In this document: positions 18,214-27,769 of the stretch, in pieces
How positions within the stretch are numbered: the first letter of the stretch is position 1
Layout: every line of letters begins with the position of its first letter
Source of the DNA: Limnochordia bacterium
GTDB taxonomy: Bacteria; Bacillota; Limnochordia; DTU080; RSA5
Direction: 5' to 3'
DNA length: 64,000 bases
NCBI GenBank assembly: GCA_041686855.1
Contig: JAWLDA010000007.1
Span: forward strand, 144,977-208,976
Notes under the pieces: generated by a model
Told to the model about the DNA's origin: nothing
The model's database searches: none
What the model saw: the letters and a program-made list of their open reading frames with translations, nothing else
Made by a program: the position numbers and the translations under genes

Positions 18214-19875
18214 TCAGGTGCCGCTCTCGGAAGGATTGGTGGGCGCATCCGTTCGATCGGGCAAGAACCAGACGACGAGTGAAACGATGGCGGCGATCAC
18301 GAGCAGAGCTGTAAAGACGGAGTGCGTCGCGACCGCTAGTCCTTCTTGTAGGATAGACACTTCTTCAGCGGACAAGAGGGCTCGTCGGGCGGGGTCCAAC
18401 AGCGCGTTGCCCGCATCGGCCCCAAGGCGTTGCAAGGTTGCGTCGCCATTCCGCTGCACGTACGCTCCTAGCCGGCCATTGAGAAGGCTGCCTAACACCG
18501 CCACTCCAATCGTGCTTCCCAGCATCCGGCCAAACATGTTGCTCCCCGTCGCTACTCCTCGCTCTTCCCAAGCCACGGAGTGTTGAATGGAGATTAAGTA
18601 TGTCGTCGTCGTTAGCCCCAGGCCGACACCCATCAAGAAGGTACCGGCGGCCACGTGCCATGGGCTACTCACAAGCGAAAGCATGAGAAGGACGAGGGCA
18701 CCGGCGACGTTAAAGAGTGAGCCGATGACCGCTGTCTTTCGAAACCCGATGCGAATCATAATGCGTCCCGAGAACGTGCTGGCTAGCGGCCACCCCACCG
18801 ACATGGCGCCCAGGCTTAACCCAGCGACGATCGCCGTCTGCCCCAACGATCCTTGTACAAATGTCGGAATGAACGAGGATGTGCCCAAGACGAGGGCGCC
18901 AGCTAAGAACGCCCCAGTGTTGCCCACAGCGATCACAGGACGTCGAAAGATCGAAAGGGGCAGAACGGGCGCAGCGGCCGTTCGTTCTTGACGGACAAAA
19001 GCAAGGGCACCGGCGAGAACGATACCCACCAATGCCAACGACGGCGGATCACTCCACTCCCACGCGACACCCCCTTGAACCAAGAACGTTATTAAGGCGC
19101 CTACCGTCGCGAAGATCAGTGCCGCTCCCAAATAGTCGATAGACCGCTCTTTGGGTCGCACACTCTCGTGGAAGTTGAGAACGATCAGGCCTACGGCCAT
19201 GAGCGCAATCGGCAAGTTGACAAAAAAGATCCACGGCCATCCCAAGTATGTGACGATCAGTCCGCCGGCGGTGGGACCCACGACTGAGGAGATTCCCCAC
19301 ACACTGGCGAGGTACCCTTGGATCCGGGCTCGTTCCTCCAGGTCGTAAAGGTCTCCGACGATTGTCGAAGCCATGGGCAGTACCGCGCCTGCGCCCAAAC
19401 CCTGAACAGCTCGAGCGAAGACAAGGAAGGCCATCGAACCGGCCAAACCGGAAAGGAGTGAGCCAAACGCGAAGATACTCGTCCCCACCAAGAAGATGGG
19501 CTTTCGCCCGTATAGGTCGGCTAACTTTCCGTAAATGGGAATGCTGGCCGCTTGCGTGAGCAGGTAGGCAGAGAAAACCCACGTCAGCAATGCAAATCCG
19601 CCAAGGTCTCCGACGATAGTCGGAATCGCAGTGGCAACGATCGTCGCTTCGATGGCCCCCATAAACATGGCCATCATGAGCGCCGCCAACGTCCAGGAAC
19701 GCCGAGTCTCTCTAGCTGGACTCCCCGCAGTTTGGTCAATCAGAGATCCGCTCAAATCCCCGCCCCTCCTTCCCTCGTCTTTGCCATCCTTTAAGGTTCC
19801 CCTTCTTGTTACAATGGTAGCTGCGATTAACGATGGGTTACAGAAGGTAAGCCCAGGCCAGAGGGAGACTCCCAT
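18214..19875 (-). CDS. MFS transporter, DHA2 (14-TMS drug:H+ antiporter) family
   Basis: Fourteen hydrophobic segments and the MFS motif GKLADLYGRKPIFL. The first 50 or so residues are non-hydrophobic, so the true start may be internal. Confidence 0.8.
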   Translation of the reverse strand: MGVSLWPGLTFCNPSLIAATIVTRRGTLKDGKDEGRRGGDLSGSLIDQTAGSPARETRRSWTLAALMMAMFMGAIEATIVATAIPTIVGDLGGFALLTWVFSAYLLTQAASIPIYGKLADLYGRKPIFLVGTSIFAFGSLLSGLAGSMAFLVFARAVQGLGAGAVLPMASTIVGDLYDLEERARIQGYLASVWGISSVVGPTAGGLIVTYLGWPWIFFVNLPIALMAVGLIVLNFHESVRPKERSIDYLGAALIFATVGALITFLVQGGVAWEWSDPPSLALVGIVLAGALAFVRQERTAAAPVLPLSIFRRPVIAVGNTGAFLAGALVLGTSSFIPTFVQGSLGQTAIVAGLSLGAMSVGWPLASTFSGRIMIRIGFRKTAVIGSLFNVAGALVLLMLSLVSSPWHVAAGTFLMGVGLGLTTTTYLISIQHSVAWEERGVATGSNMFGRMLGSTIGVAVLGSLLNGRLGAYVQRNGDATLQRLGADAGNALLDPARRALLSAEEVSILQEGLAVATHSVFTALLVIAAIVSLVVWFLPDRTDAPTNPSESGT

Positions 19876-19915
19876 TCAGGCACGAACCTCCATCTTCGGG
19901 TATAGCCAGCATTAT

Positions 19916-20020
19916 TGATGCAACTACTTTGGATGCAACGTCTTTGGACGCAACGTCTTTGGACGCAACTTCCTTGGATGCGACGTCTCGGGATGCTAAT
20001 CCCCTGGACGCAACCTCATT
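19916..20020. repeat. Seven tandem copies of a 15-bp unit (GGAYGCAACNTCTTT) in the divergent MFS/SDR promoter
   Basis: Directly visible. Because the period is a multiple of 3, the six-frame ORF 19929 reads it as DATSLDATSL. Confidence 0.85.
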
Positions 20021-20033
20021 TATTGGAGGACCG

Positions 20034-20813
20034 ATGCAAATGATCCAGCTTGACGGAGATGTCGCCGTTGTCACCGGCGGCGCTCAAGGGATCGGCAAGG
20101 CTATCTGCCACGCACTGGGATGCGCCGGCGCCCGAGTCGTGATTACAGACTGTGACGAAGAGGCTGGCCGTGAATGCCTAGCCGACCTAAAAGAGGACGA
20201 GATCGATGCGATATTCGTGCCGGCCGACGTTGCCAAGGCAGACGACGTGGCCCGACTCATGCATCGATCAGCGGAACACTTTGACGGCGTCCGCATCATC
20301 GTCAACAACGCAGGTATCGGCCACACTATCCCCATAGAAGACCTGGAGATCGAGGATTTCGACCGCGTGATCGACGTCAACCTACGCAGTGCTGTGCTCA
20401 CAGCGAAATACGCTCTCCCGTACATGAAGCAGACGGGTGGAACTATCGTAAACATCGCGTCGACACGCGCTTTTATGTCCGAACCCAACACTGAAAGTTA
20501 CGCGGCCTCCAAAGGCGGCCTCATTGCGTTAACCCACGCTATGGCAGTTAGCCTCGGCCAGTACAAGATTCGGGTTAATGCGCTAAGTCCGGGGTGGATT
20601 GAAACCTCCGAGTGGAAGAAGCGAGCCAACCGCAGACCCGCCCACCTTTCCGCAACGGACCATGAACAGCATCCGGCCGGACGGGTAGGTAAGCCCGAAG
20701 ATATCGCTCGAGCCGTCCTCTTTCTCGTCGACCCAACTGCGGATTTCATCACGGGGACTAACATGACAATAGACGGCGGCATGACCGTGAAAATGATCTA
20801 CGCAGATGAATGA
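20034..20813 (+). CDS. SDR family NAD(P)-dependent oxidoreductase
   Basis: VAVVTGGAQGIGKAI (TGxxxGxG), NNAG and YxxxK (YAASKGG) motifs. GGAGG 5 nt upstream of the ATG at 20034. Confidence 0.8.
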   Translation: MQMIQLDGDVAVVTGGAQGIGKAICHALGCAGARVVITDCDEEAGRECLADLKEDEIDAIFVPADVAKADDVARLMHRSAEHFDGVRIIVNNAGIGHTIPIEDLEIEDFDRVIDVNLRSAVLTAKYALPYMKQTGGTIVNIASTRAFMSEPNTESYAASKGGLIALTHAMAVSLGQYKIRVNALSPGWIETSEWKKRANRRPAHLSATDHEQHPAGRVGKPEDIARAVLFLVDPTADFITGTNMTIDGGMTVKMIYADE

Positions 20814-20892
20814 TCACACTGCACCCTAGATCGGTCTTTTCTTATATCAGTGGGCACTAGAAACTATTAGTGCCTTCACGTTAAGAGAGTGC

Positions 20893-20956
20893 CTTTGAGG
20901 AGAGCTCTCTTTGAGGAAAGCGCTCTTTGAGGAGAGTGCGCTTTGAGGAGAGTACG
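20893..20956. repeat. Four tandem 16-bp repeats (CTTTGAGGAGAGNNCN)
   Basis: Directly visible. Non-coding. Confidence 0.8.
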
Positions 20957-21030
20957 CTTGGATGGCAGTGAACGTTTACATCCACAAGAGTTGCGTGAAG
21001 TTCGCCTCGCCCGGACGAGCGGCGGCCCGC

Positions 21031-21590
21031 CGACACCCCGACGCGGCGGTTGTTGCCCTCCTGATGAGGACTCTTTCCTCACTGGCGTGCAATCATTCCA
21101 CGCCTGATAGGCAACAACCCCGTTTTGGGCACCGTTTTGGGGTCATCCGCACTGGTTTTCGCCGGTTTGCGTCTTGTCCGCACGCTCTCGAATCCGCGGA
21201 CACAACGACGCAAAACCTAACGCCCAGCTACACGAGCTGCCAGCGATCGGCGCCCCTGCGCCATCCTCTGCCGACGCCCCGACGCGGCGCTTGTTGCCAT
21301 CCTGGTGAGGACTCTTTCCTCACTGGCCTGCAATCATTCCACACCTGATAGGCAACAACCCCTTTTGGGGCACCGTTTTGGGGTCATCCGCACTGGTTTT
21401 CGCCAGTTTGCGTCTTGTCCGCACGCTCTCGAATCCGCGGACACAACGACGCAAAACCTAACGCCCAGCTACACGAGCTGCCAGTGATCGGCGCCCCTGC
21501 GCCAACCTCTGCCGACGCTCCGACGCGGTGGTTGTTGCCCTCCTGGTGAGGACTCTTTCCTCACTGGCGTGCAATCATTCCACACCGATG
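21031..21590. repeat. Tandem direct repeat of a 240-bp unit, about 2.3 copies, non-coding
   Basis: Copies at 21031-21270, 21271-21510 and 21511-21590, roughly 93-95% identical. In copy 1 each unit contains a 10-bp long-range inverted repeat (GGTTGTTGCC...GGCAACAACC) enclosing two hairpins. Confidence 0.85.
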
Positions 21591-21780
21591 GGGAATAGGC
21601 TGTCCTGCACCAGTGCATGACGCCTTAAGGGTGATAGGTTCGCCGCCTTGCCCTTGCCGCGAGATGAGAGATTACATCTCGATCTAAAGAATACGGGTCC
21701 CTCCAAATGTAGGAACCCAAGAAGCGATCTTATAGTCCGAGAACCACACTCCCGAAATATCCACTCGATGGGCGAAGATC

Positions 21781-21825
21781 GGCAGTATTAACAGTGTCTC
21801 GGCAGTATTAACAGTGTCTCGGCAG
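21781..21825. repeat. 20-bp unit (GGCAGTATTAACAGTGTCTC) in 2.25 tandem copies
   Basis: Directly visible. Confidence 0.8.
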
Positions 21826-22071
21826 CCCAGCAGTCTCAGCGTACCAAACAGCCTCAGAAACCTCCGGCGTCTAGACGGCTTCAGCAGCCCAGCAGTGCCT
21901 GCGGTGTCTGCGGTCTCTGCATTTCTTCGTTTCTGAATTTCTGCAGTCCTTGCAACCTTGGCAGTTTACAAGCGACCGCAGAATCGCACTCCCAAACTGC
22001 CCTGCAAAACTGCCCTACAGAACTTCCATCCCGAGTCGCTTACAGCCTGACTGGAACTGCACTCACCCGAC

Positions 22072-23088
22072 CTACGCCTCCAAGCGGATCGGCGTGGATC
22101 CATTGGCTGCGGATTCTTCAGCCGCGAAGCAGGCTTGGTGGGTGTTGACGGCGTTGGCGAGGTTATCGTGAGATTCAACGTCGTTTAGGATACAGTCGAC
22201 GAAGTGTGAGACCATCTCGGGGAACGGGTGATGGGAGACAGCGCCGCTGTCAGGCAAGATCGTCTCAAACTCTCCGAAGCCATTCTGCCCGGGTAGCACC
22301 TTTGAATAAAAGCGATTGTTGCGGATGGCGCCTTCGTCACCGAACACCTCGACGTTAAACACATAAGGCATATAAAACTCGGTCGAGCCCGATATTTTCC
22401 CGGCTGCACCGCCCGCATACTTCACCGTTGCAATCGTGGTCGCCCGGTAATCGTCGGCAGATGCATCGTACGTCGGCGAGACGCCGCTCACTTGCACCAC
22501 TTTGTCGTCGCCCAAGATGTAGCGGGCCGCATCCATCGCGTGGCATCCCCCGTGGACGATCGCTCCCACGTCGAGCTTCTTCCAGTTGGGCCGTTTGAAG
22601 CGTTTGGGCGAGGCGTTGGTCGGTCCGTGCCAATAGTCGGCATGAACCACCCGCGGACGACCCACCCATCCTTTCTCAACCGCTTCTTTAATTGATAGGA
22701 TCATCGGATTCCAGCGCAAGACAAAGCTGATCACGCTCTTGACGCCGGACTCTTTCACCGCGGCGTCCATCGCCCGCAACTCGTCGTTGTCGGTCGCCAC
22801 TGGCTTTTCGATCAGGACATGCTTACCCGCCTGAGCCGCCTTGATGGTCTCCTCCGCATGGCGGTCCGGCGGCGTACAGATGGCGACGATGTCGACATCC
22901 GGATGCTCGAGCATCTGATCGTAGTCGTCGTAGATATCACAGGCGACGCCGAGCTCGTCGGCTTTGCGCTGAGCCCCTTCTTTTGTGCGGCTGCCGATAG
23001 CCACCACCCTCGTCGCCGGGTGTCCGGCAAACGCTTTGATGTGCTCCGTCGCCACATTCCCTGCTCCTTGAATCGCTACTCCAAACAC
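22072..23088 (-). CDS. Gfo/Idh/MocA family oxidoreductase
   Basis: FGVAIQGAGNVATEH Rossmann fold and the HVLIEKP motif. Last gene of the long minus-strand run. Confidence 0.8.
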   Translation of the reverse strand: MFGVAIQGAGNVATEHIKAFAGHPATRVVAIGSRTKEGAQRKADELGVACDIYDDYDQMLEHPDVDIVAICTPPDRHAEETIKAAQAGKHVLIEKPVATDNDELRAMDAAVKESGVKSVISFVLRWNPMILSIKEAVEKGWVGRPRVVHADYWHGPTNASPKRFKRPNWKKLDVGAIVHGGCHAMDAARYILGDDKVVQVSGVSPTYDASADDYRATTIATVKYAGGAAGKISGSTEFYMPYVFNVEVFGDEGAIRNNRFYSKVLPGQNGFGEFETILPDSGAVSHHPFPEMVSHFVDCILNDVESHDNLANAVNTHQACFAAEESAANGSTPIRLEA

Positions 23089-23182
23089 TCAAAAGTCACT
23101 CCCGTCAAAATGTTGTGGCCCACACTCATCTCAGCACATGCTTTTGACGCAAAACCCACCCGTCCTCCGCACACCGCTCTCC

Positions 23183-23977
23183 TCAACCACTGATCTCCAC
23201 CATCCGATCGCGAGCCTCCCGAAGAAACGGAAGCGTCTGTCCACCATCGACCGTCATCTCGATGCCGGTAACGAACGCCGCATACTCAGAGACTAAGAAG
23301 CAGACCACATGCGCGACGTCATCCGGCCTACCGAGGCGTCGCAGCGGTGTCAGCTGAGACATATCGTGATCGACTGAACGCGTCTGCGTTGGCCGTTTAA
23401 ACGGTGTCTCTATCGATCCGGGCGCGACGCAGTTCACCCGGATTCCGTCAGGACCGTAATCGAGCGCAAGCTGGCGAGTAAGCTGGACGATTGCGGCTTT
23501 TGCAGTTGGGTACACAACGTAGTTGCGGACCGAGCGGCGACCGACGACTGATCCCATGTTGACGATGTTGCCGCCTCCAAGGTTGCGCATGTGCGGAACG
23601 GCGTACTTGGCGCCCAGGAACTGCGCCCGGAGCAAGACTGCGAGGCTCCGATCCCAATCCTCGACTGCCAACTCCGTCGCGGACCCGGCCACCTCGAAGT
23701 GCGCGTTGTTTACCAGGACGTCGAGACGACCGTAGCGCTCCGCCGCTCCGTCGATCATCGTCTTGATTGCGGACTCGTCGCTCACATCGGTCGCCACGAA
23801 CGTGGCCTCGCCCCCCGCAGTGACGATCTCTGCGGCCACCCGACGACCGGACTCCTCCTGGAGGTCGGCGATGATCACCCGTGCACCGAGGGCTGCGAGC
23901 CGCTTCGCTGTCGCCTCACCGATGCCTTGAGCTGCTCCTGTGACGATGGCCGTGCGCCCGCTCAGATCGATCTTCAC
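23183..23977 (-). CDS. SDR family oxidoreductase (3-oxoacyl-ACP reductase-like)
   Basis: AIVTGAAQGIGEA, NNAH, YPTAKAA. GTG start at 23977 makes a 4-nt GTGA overlap with the upstream stop, indicating translational coupling. GGGGAGG upstream. Confidence 0.75.
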   Translation of the reverse strand: MKIDLSGRTAIVTGAAQGIGEATAKRLAALGARVIIADLQEESGRRVAAEIVTAGGEATFVATDVSDESAIKTMIDGAAERYGRLDVLVNNAHFEVAGSATELAVEDWDRSLAVLLRAQFLGAKYAVPHMRNLGGGNIVNMGSVVGRRSVRNYVVYPTAKAAIVQLTRQLALDYGPDGIRVNCVAPGSIETPFKRPTQTRSVDHDMSQLTPLRRLGRPDDVAHVVCFLVSEYAAFVTGIEMTVDGGQTLPFLREARDRMVEISG

Positions 23978-25155
23978 GCCGGTCGGCCGCCTCCCCAAAC
24001 GGGCGTCGGTACCCAACGATCGTGACGCCAGCGGTCCCGCTCGTCAGGGTTGCGCAGATCAGGCACATCGATCGGTACATTACCGTCCACGATCGAACGG
24101 TTGGCCAGCAGTCCGGGCAGGCTCATGTCGAGCGATCGGTAAACGTCGAAGCGGTTCTCCCAACGGCCGGCTATCGCTTCCAAGAAGAGGTGAACCGTGT
24201 AGAAATCCGCCCCGCCATGTGAGCCGTGTTTCGCCGCAACGCGCGCGACCTCATCAGTGAGAGGGGCGCCGCCGTGTACCTCGACAGAGATGGGCTCCGT
24301 CATCTCCTTCTCAGTCCATCCCCCGTCGCCAAAGAGCATGATCCGCTCACGTTCGCGCCGGTCGTTTTCAAAGCTTCCCTGGGTCCCGTACATGCAGAGC
24401 CACAGACTCGCCGGCTCCCGTCTAATTCCACCGTGACTGATCAAAATCCGGGCATTCGCCCCGTTGGAGAGTTGGCATAAAAAGACACCGGCGTCTCCAC
24501 TCTGTCGACCAATGCGCCCCCCCTCGCGGTTGGGCGACTCCATTCCCACCACTCGTTCGACCCGGGTGTCCGTCGCATGCAGCAAGGGTCCGAGGGCGTG
24601 AGTGCAGTGATAGGTGCTGGGGCGCACGTTGCGCCAATGGTGGGCGTCGCCACGTGCGAGGCGCTCCCATCCCTTTTCGGTGTTGTGAATGTACTCCGCG
24701 TCGGCATGCTGCAACTCGCCCAGTTCACCATTTTGATAGGCGCGGCGAGCCTCCGTGCCGTATCGCATAAAGCAGCAGTTCTCGCCCATCATGTAAACAA
24801 GGCCGGTCTCTTCGACAGTCTCGACGAGTTCGACCGCGTCAGCCATCGATGGGGTCGCTGGAATCTCGCTGAGTACGTGCTTCCCCGCCCGCAGTGCCTC
24901 GATGGCGAAGCGGGCGTGCTCGTGCGCGTCGTTCGCCAATACGACGGCGTCGATCTCCGAATCCAACAGTGCCTGAAAGTCGTTGACGTGGAGAATCTCC
25001 GGATCCGGCATGCCGCCCGACTCTTTAAACGCAGCCAAGCGCTCAGGATCGCGACTGCACAAGACAGCCAACTCTGCGTTGGGGTGGTCTGCCAAGATTC
25101 TGATGAACGACGCACCACGACGGATGCCCACGACGCCTACTCGAAGTCTCCCCAT
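23974..25155 (-). CDS. Gfo/Idh/MocA family oxidoreductase, about 394 aa; C-terminal HGGADF motif
   Basis: MGRLRVGVVGIRRG start at 25155 with GAGGT upstream. The six-frame ORF is extended by 46 codons. Paralogue of 38247-39506. Confidence 0.8.
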   Translation of the reverse strand: MGRLRVGVVGIRRGASFIRILADHPNAELAVLCSRDPERLAAFKESGGMPDPEILHVNDFQALLDSEIDAVVLANDAHEHARFAIEALRAGKHVLSEIPATPSMADAVELVETVEETGLVYMMGENCCFMRYGTEARRAYQNGELGELQHADAEYIHNTEKGWERLARGDAHHWRNVRPSTYHCTHALGPLLHATDTRVERVVGMESPNREGGRIGRQSGDAGVFLCQLSNGANARILISHGGIRREPASLWLCMYGTQGSFENDRRERERIMLFGDGGWTEKEMTEPISVEVHGGAPLTDEVARVAAKHGSHGGADFYTVHLFLEAIAGRWENRFDVYRSLDMSLPGLLANRSIVDGNVPIDVPDLRNPDERDRWRHDRWVPTPVWGGGRPA

Positions 25156-25156
25156 G

Positions 25157-26161
25157 TTACCTCGCCACCTCGATACGGCGACCTGTCTTGTGAGATTCGT
25201 CCGCCGCCAGGGCCACAGCGATCGTATGCCGACCGGCGTACCCGTCAGGGCCCGGCTTGGTGTTGGTGCGAATGCATTCAAAGAAGTGTTCAAACTCTCC
25301 TAAGCGTGGATTCGCCGGGGGTACCTCGATCGCCTCAATCTTAGAGTCGCCCCATGATTTGAGGAGAACGGGCTCTTGTCCCGAGCCCTTCTCGATCTTG
25401 GCCGACCCGGTGGTGCCTGCGACGCTCACTTCGTAGCTGGTAACCGGTGAGATCCGAGTGCAGACGAGCGTACCGACGGCGCCGGACTCAAACTCAAAGT
25501 TGAGGTTGGCCGCCTCTTCGACGTCGTTATCTGGGTCGTTACCGAATCCAAGGGTCGCCTGCACGCACTTGATGGGCCCGGCGAACCAACAGAGTTGATC
25601 AAGCTCATGGCTGTAGAGCGAGTACAGGCCCCCATACTTGCTTCGCTGCCTCTGCCAACCACCTGCGCCTCCCGGCGGTCCCGTGGATAGACGCACCGCA
25701 TGGGCGAACCGCAAGCTCCCCAATCGACCCTCGTCGATCAGCCGTTTCATCGTCGCAAACGAAGATTGAAACCGGCGAATGTATCCGATCATCAGGACGA
25801 CACCAGCCTTCTCCGTCGCTTCGATCATCGCGTCGCAGTCAGCGAGGCTGAGCGCCATGGGCTTCTCGCAAAAGACGTGTAGCCCGGCATTTGCCGCATC
25901 GACCGTCAGCTCCCTGTGGGTGAAGTTAGGGGTCACGATGACGACGGCATCCAAGCCTTCCTTGGAGAACATCTCTTTGTGGTCGGAGTACGCCCGCGGC
26001 TTGGCGTCAAGCTCCGCTGCCAGTCGATCTGCCGACTCTCTAAAGAAATCACACACACCGACCAGCTCAATTCCGGGCATTTGAGCAATCTCTTGCGCGT
26101 GACGACGCCCAAGACCCCCGCACCCGATGAGCCCAACTCGAAGTGATCCACTCTCTACCAT
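25157..26161 (-). CDS. Gfo/Idh/MocA family oxidoreductase
   Basis: MVESGSLRVGLIGCGGLG start at 26161 with AAGGAGAG 8 nt upstream. Its stop lies 1 nt from the next gene's start. Confidence 0.8.
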   Translation of the reverse strand: MVESGSLRVGLIGCGGLGRRHAQEIAQMPGIELVGVCDFFRESADRLAAELDAKPRAYSDHKEMFSKEGLDAVVIVTPNFTHRELTVDAANAGLHVFCEKPMALSLADCDAMIEATEKAGVVLMIGYIRRFQSSFATMKRLIDEGRLGSLRFAHAVRLSTGPPGGAGGWQRQRSKYGGLYSLYSHELDQLCWFAGPIKCVQATLGFGNDPDNDVEEAANLNFEFESGAVGTLVCTRISPVTSYEVSVAGTTGSAKIEKGSGQEPVLLKSWGDSKIEAIEVPPANPRLGEFEHFFECIRTNTKPGPDGYAGRHTIAVALAADESHKTGRRIEVAR

Positions 26162-26393
26162 CCGACTTCTCTCCTTGTTCACCGCTCGATGACAACGTCC
26201 CTCAGTTGCCACTGCACTGTTTGCCACTGCACTGTTTGCTACTGCTCTGATCAGCCCAACTGTTCAGCCCAACCTGCTCGCGGGTAGGTCCTCGCGTCGG
26301 GCAGCAGTCCCTGGCGAGTGAGACACCTCGGCAGGATCGGCCCGAGAGGGACGCACCGCTGGGTGCGTCCCCGTTTGATTTACAACGTCCGTG

Positions 26394-27641
26394 CTACTCC
26401 TGCTGCAGAACCTGGTTGGCCTGCTCTTCCGCCTGGCGCAACGCCGCATTCGGCGCTGTGCTACCGTCCATGGCCGCCCTAAAGAACGGGTTGGTCGCTT
26501 GGACCACGTCGGGATTTCTGAGGAACGGATAGACGCCTCCGGACTGAGCAAAGGTTAGGACGTTTCTCAAGTACGGCGCTTCTGCCACTTGGTCACCCCA
26601 GTGTCCGCCCTGATAGTAGTCCAAGCGTGGGGGCATCCGCCCCAGGATCTCGACGAGTTTCTCATTCGCCTCGACACTGGTGACAAATTGAATGTAGCGC
26701 CAAGCCTCTTTGGACTGCTCGCTCCCTTTGATCATCACGAGCATGTTGGACCACGTCATCGTGGCCCGCTCATCCGCCGAGGGACCTGCCGGCAGGTTGG
26801 TCATATCCAAATTGATGCCGGGGTTGGCCTCTTTCACCTCGCGAGCATTCCAGTTGCCACCGAGCCACATGGACGCTGTCCCTTGCCGGAAGTTCCCGCC
26901 TGCGACACCCATGTGGGTGAAGAGGTCGACGTACTCAGTGAGCGCTTCAATTCCCTGATCGGACGCAAACGTGTACGCCGTCTCGTCGGCATTGTACATG
27001 TCGCCGTTGTTGGCATGAAGGAAGGGGGCCCAAGCGTTGATCGACGCCCCGGCCGCCTGAATGCCGCCGCGCTCAATCGTGCCGTCGCCGCTTACTTTCG
27101 CCAGTTTGCGGGCGGCCTCTTTGAGGTCGTTCCAGGAATCAAAGGCGTATGGATCAACGCTTAATCCCGCTTCGGCGAAATGATCCGTGTTGTACAGGAC
27201 GGCGTTGGACGCCATCACGACCGAGATGCCGTAAGCGACATCGCCCTTGTGGTTGTAGCGCTGGGTTGCTGGAATGAAGCTCTCGATCTTTGTTCCCTCG
27301 GTGCGATCAATATACGGATTGAGCTCCTCAAGGATCCCCAAATCGTACAACTCTCGCCCCGTTACGATCGACGCCTGCGCCACGTCAGGCAGAACGCCTC
27401 CAGCTGCTCCGAGGATGAGTTTCTCCCGCACTTGGTAAATTCCGGGGACGTGCTGAACATCCAACTCAAGGTCAGGATTTTGCTCTTCGAAGGTGGTGAT
27501 CACCCACTCCCACCAGGGATCGTAGATCGCCGAGCCACCCCAGAAATCCCACACCTCCACGGTGGTCTTGGCGCTCGCAATCCCGGAGAAACCCATGAGC
27601 GCCACGCACACAAGAGCCACCAAGCCGAACTGCTTTGTCAT
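26394..27641 (-). CDS. ABC transporter extracellular solute-binding protein (family 1), signal peptide, no lipobox
   Basis: MTKQFGLVALVCVALMGFSGIASA signal peptide. Paralogue of 39559-40833. Confidence 0.8.
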   Translation of the reverse strand: MTKQFGLVALVCVALMGFSGIASAKTTVEVWDFWGGSAIYDPWWEWVITTFEEQNPDLELDVQHVPGIYQVREKLILGAAGGVLPDVAQASIVTGRELYDLGILEELNPYIDRTEGTKIESFIPATQRYNHKGDVAYGISVVMASNAVLYNTDHFAEAGLSVDPYAFDSWNDLKEAARKLAKVSGDGTIERGGIQAAGASINAWAPFLHANNGDMYNADETAYTFASDQGIEALTEYVDLFTHMGVAGGNFRQGTASMWLGGNWNAREVKEANPGINLDMTNLPAGPSADERATMTWSNMLVMIKGSEQSKEAWRYIQFVTSVEANEKLVEILGRMPPRLDYYQGGHWGDQVAEAPYLRNVLTFAQSGGVYPFLRNPDVVQATNPFFRAAMDGSTAPNAALRQAEEQANQVLQQE

Positions 27642-27769
27642 TGCCCTCAAGTGCCGAATACCCAACTTTACCAAACCTCCGATCTTTTCCTTGAATCCAT
27701 AGGACTCTCTCAGATCTGAAATCTCGGGTCACACGTTCGCTCTTCCGACAAATGATATCGTGAAAGCAT

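Noticed and set aside
19929-20033. N-terminal DATSLDATSLDATSL extension of the SDR ORF
   Set aside because: It is a translation of the 15-bp promoter repeat array. The real start is the ATG at 20034, which has a GGAGG Shine-Dalgarno.
21031-21590. Hammerhead-ribozyme-like CUGAUGA plus hairpin within the 240-bp repeat
   Set aside because: The obligatory GAAA element after stem II is absent, and copy 2 reads CUGGUGA. It is not a hammerhead.
21031-21590. CRISPR array
   Set aside because: The repeats are 240 bp long, directly abutting with no unique spacers, and there are no cas genes. It is not CRISPR.
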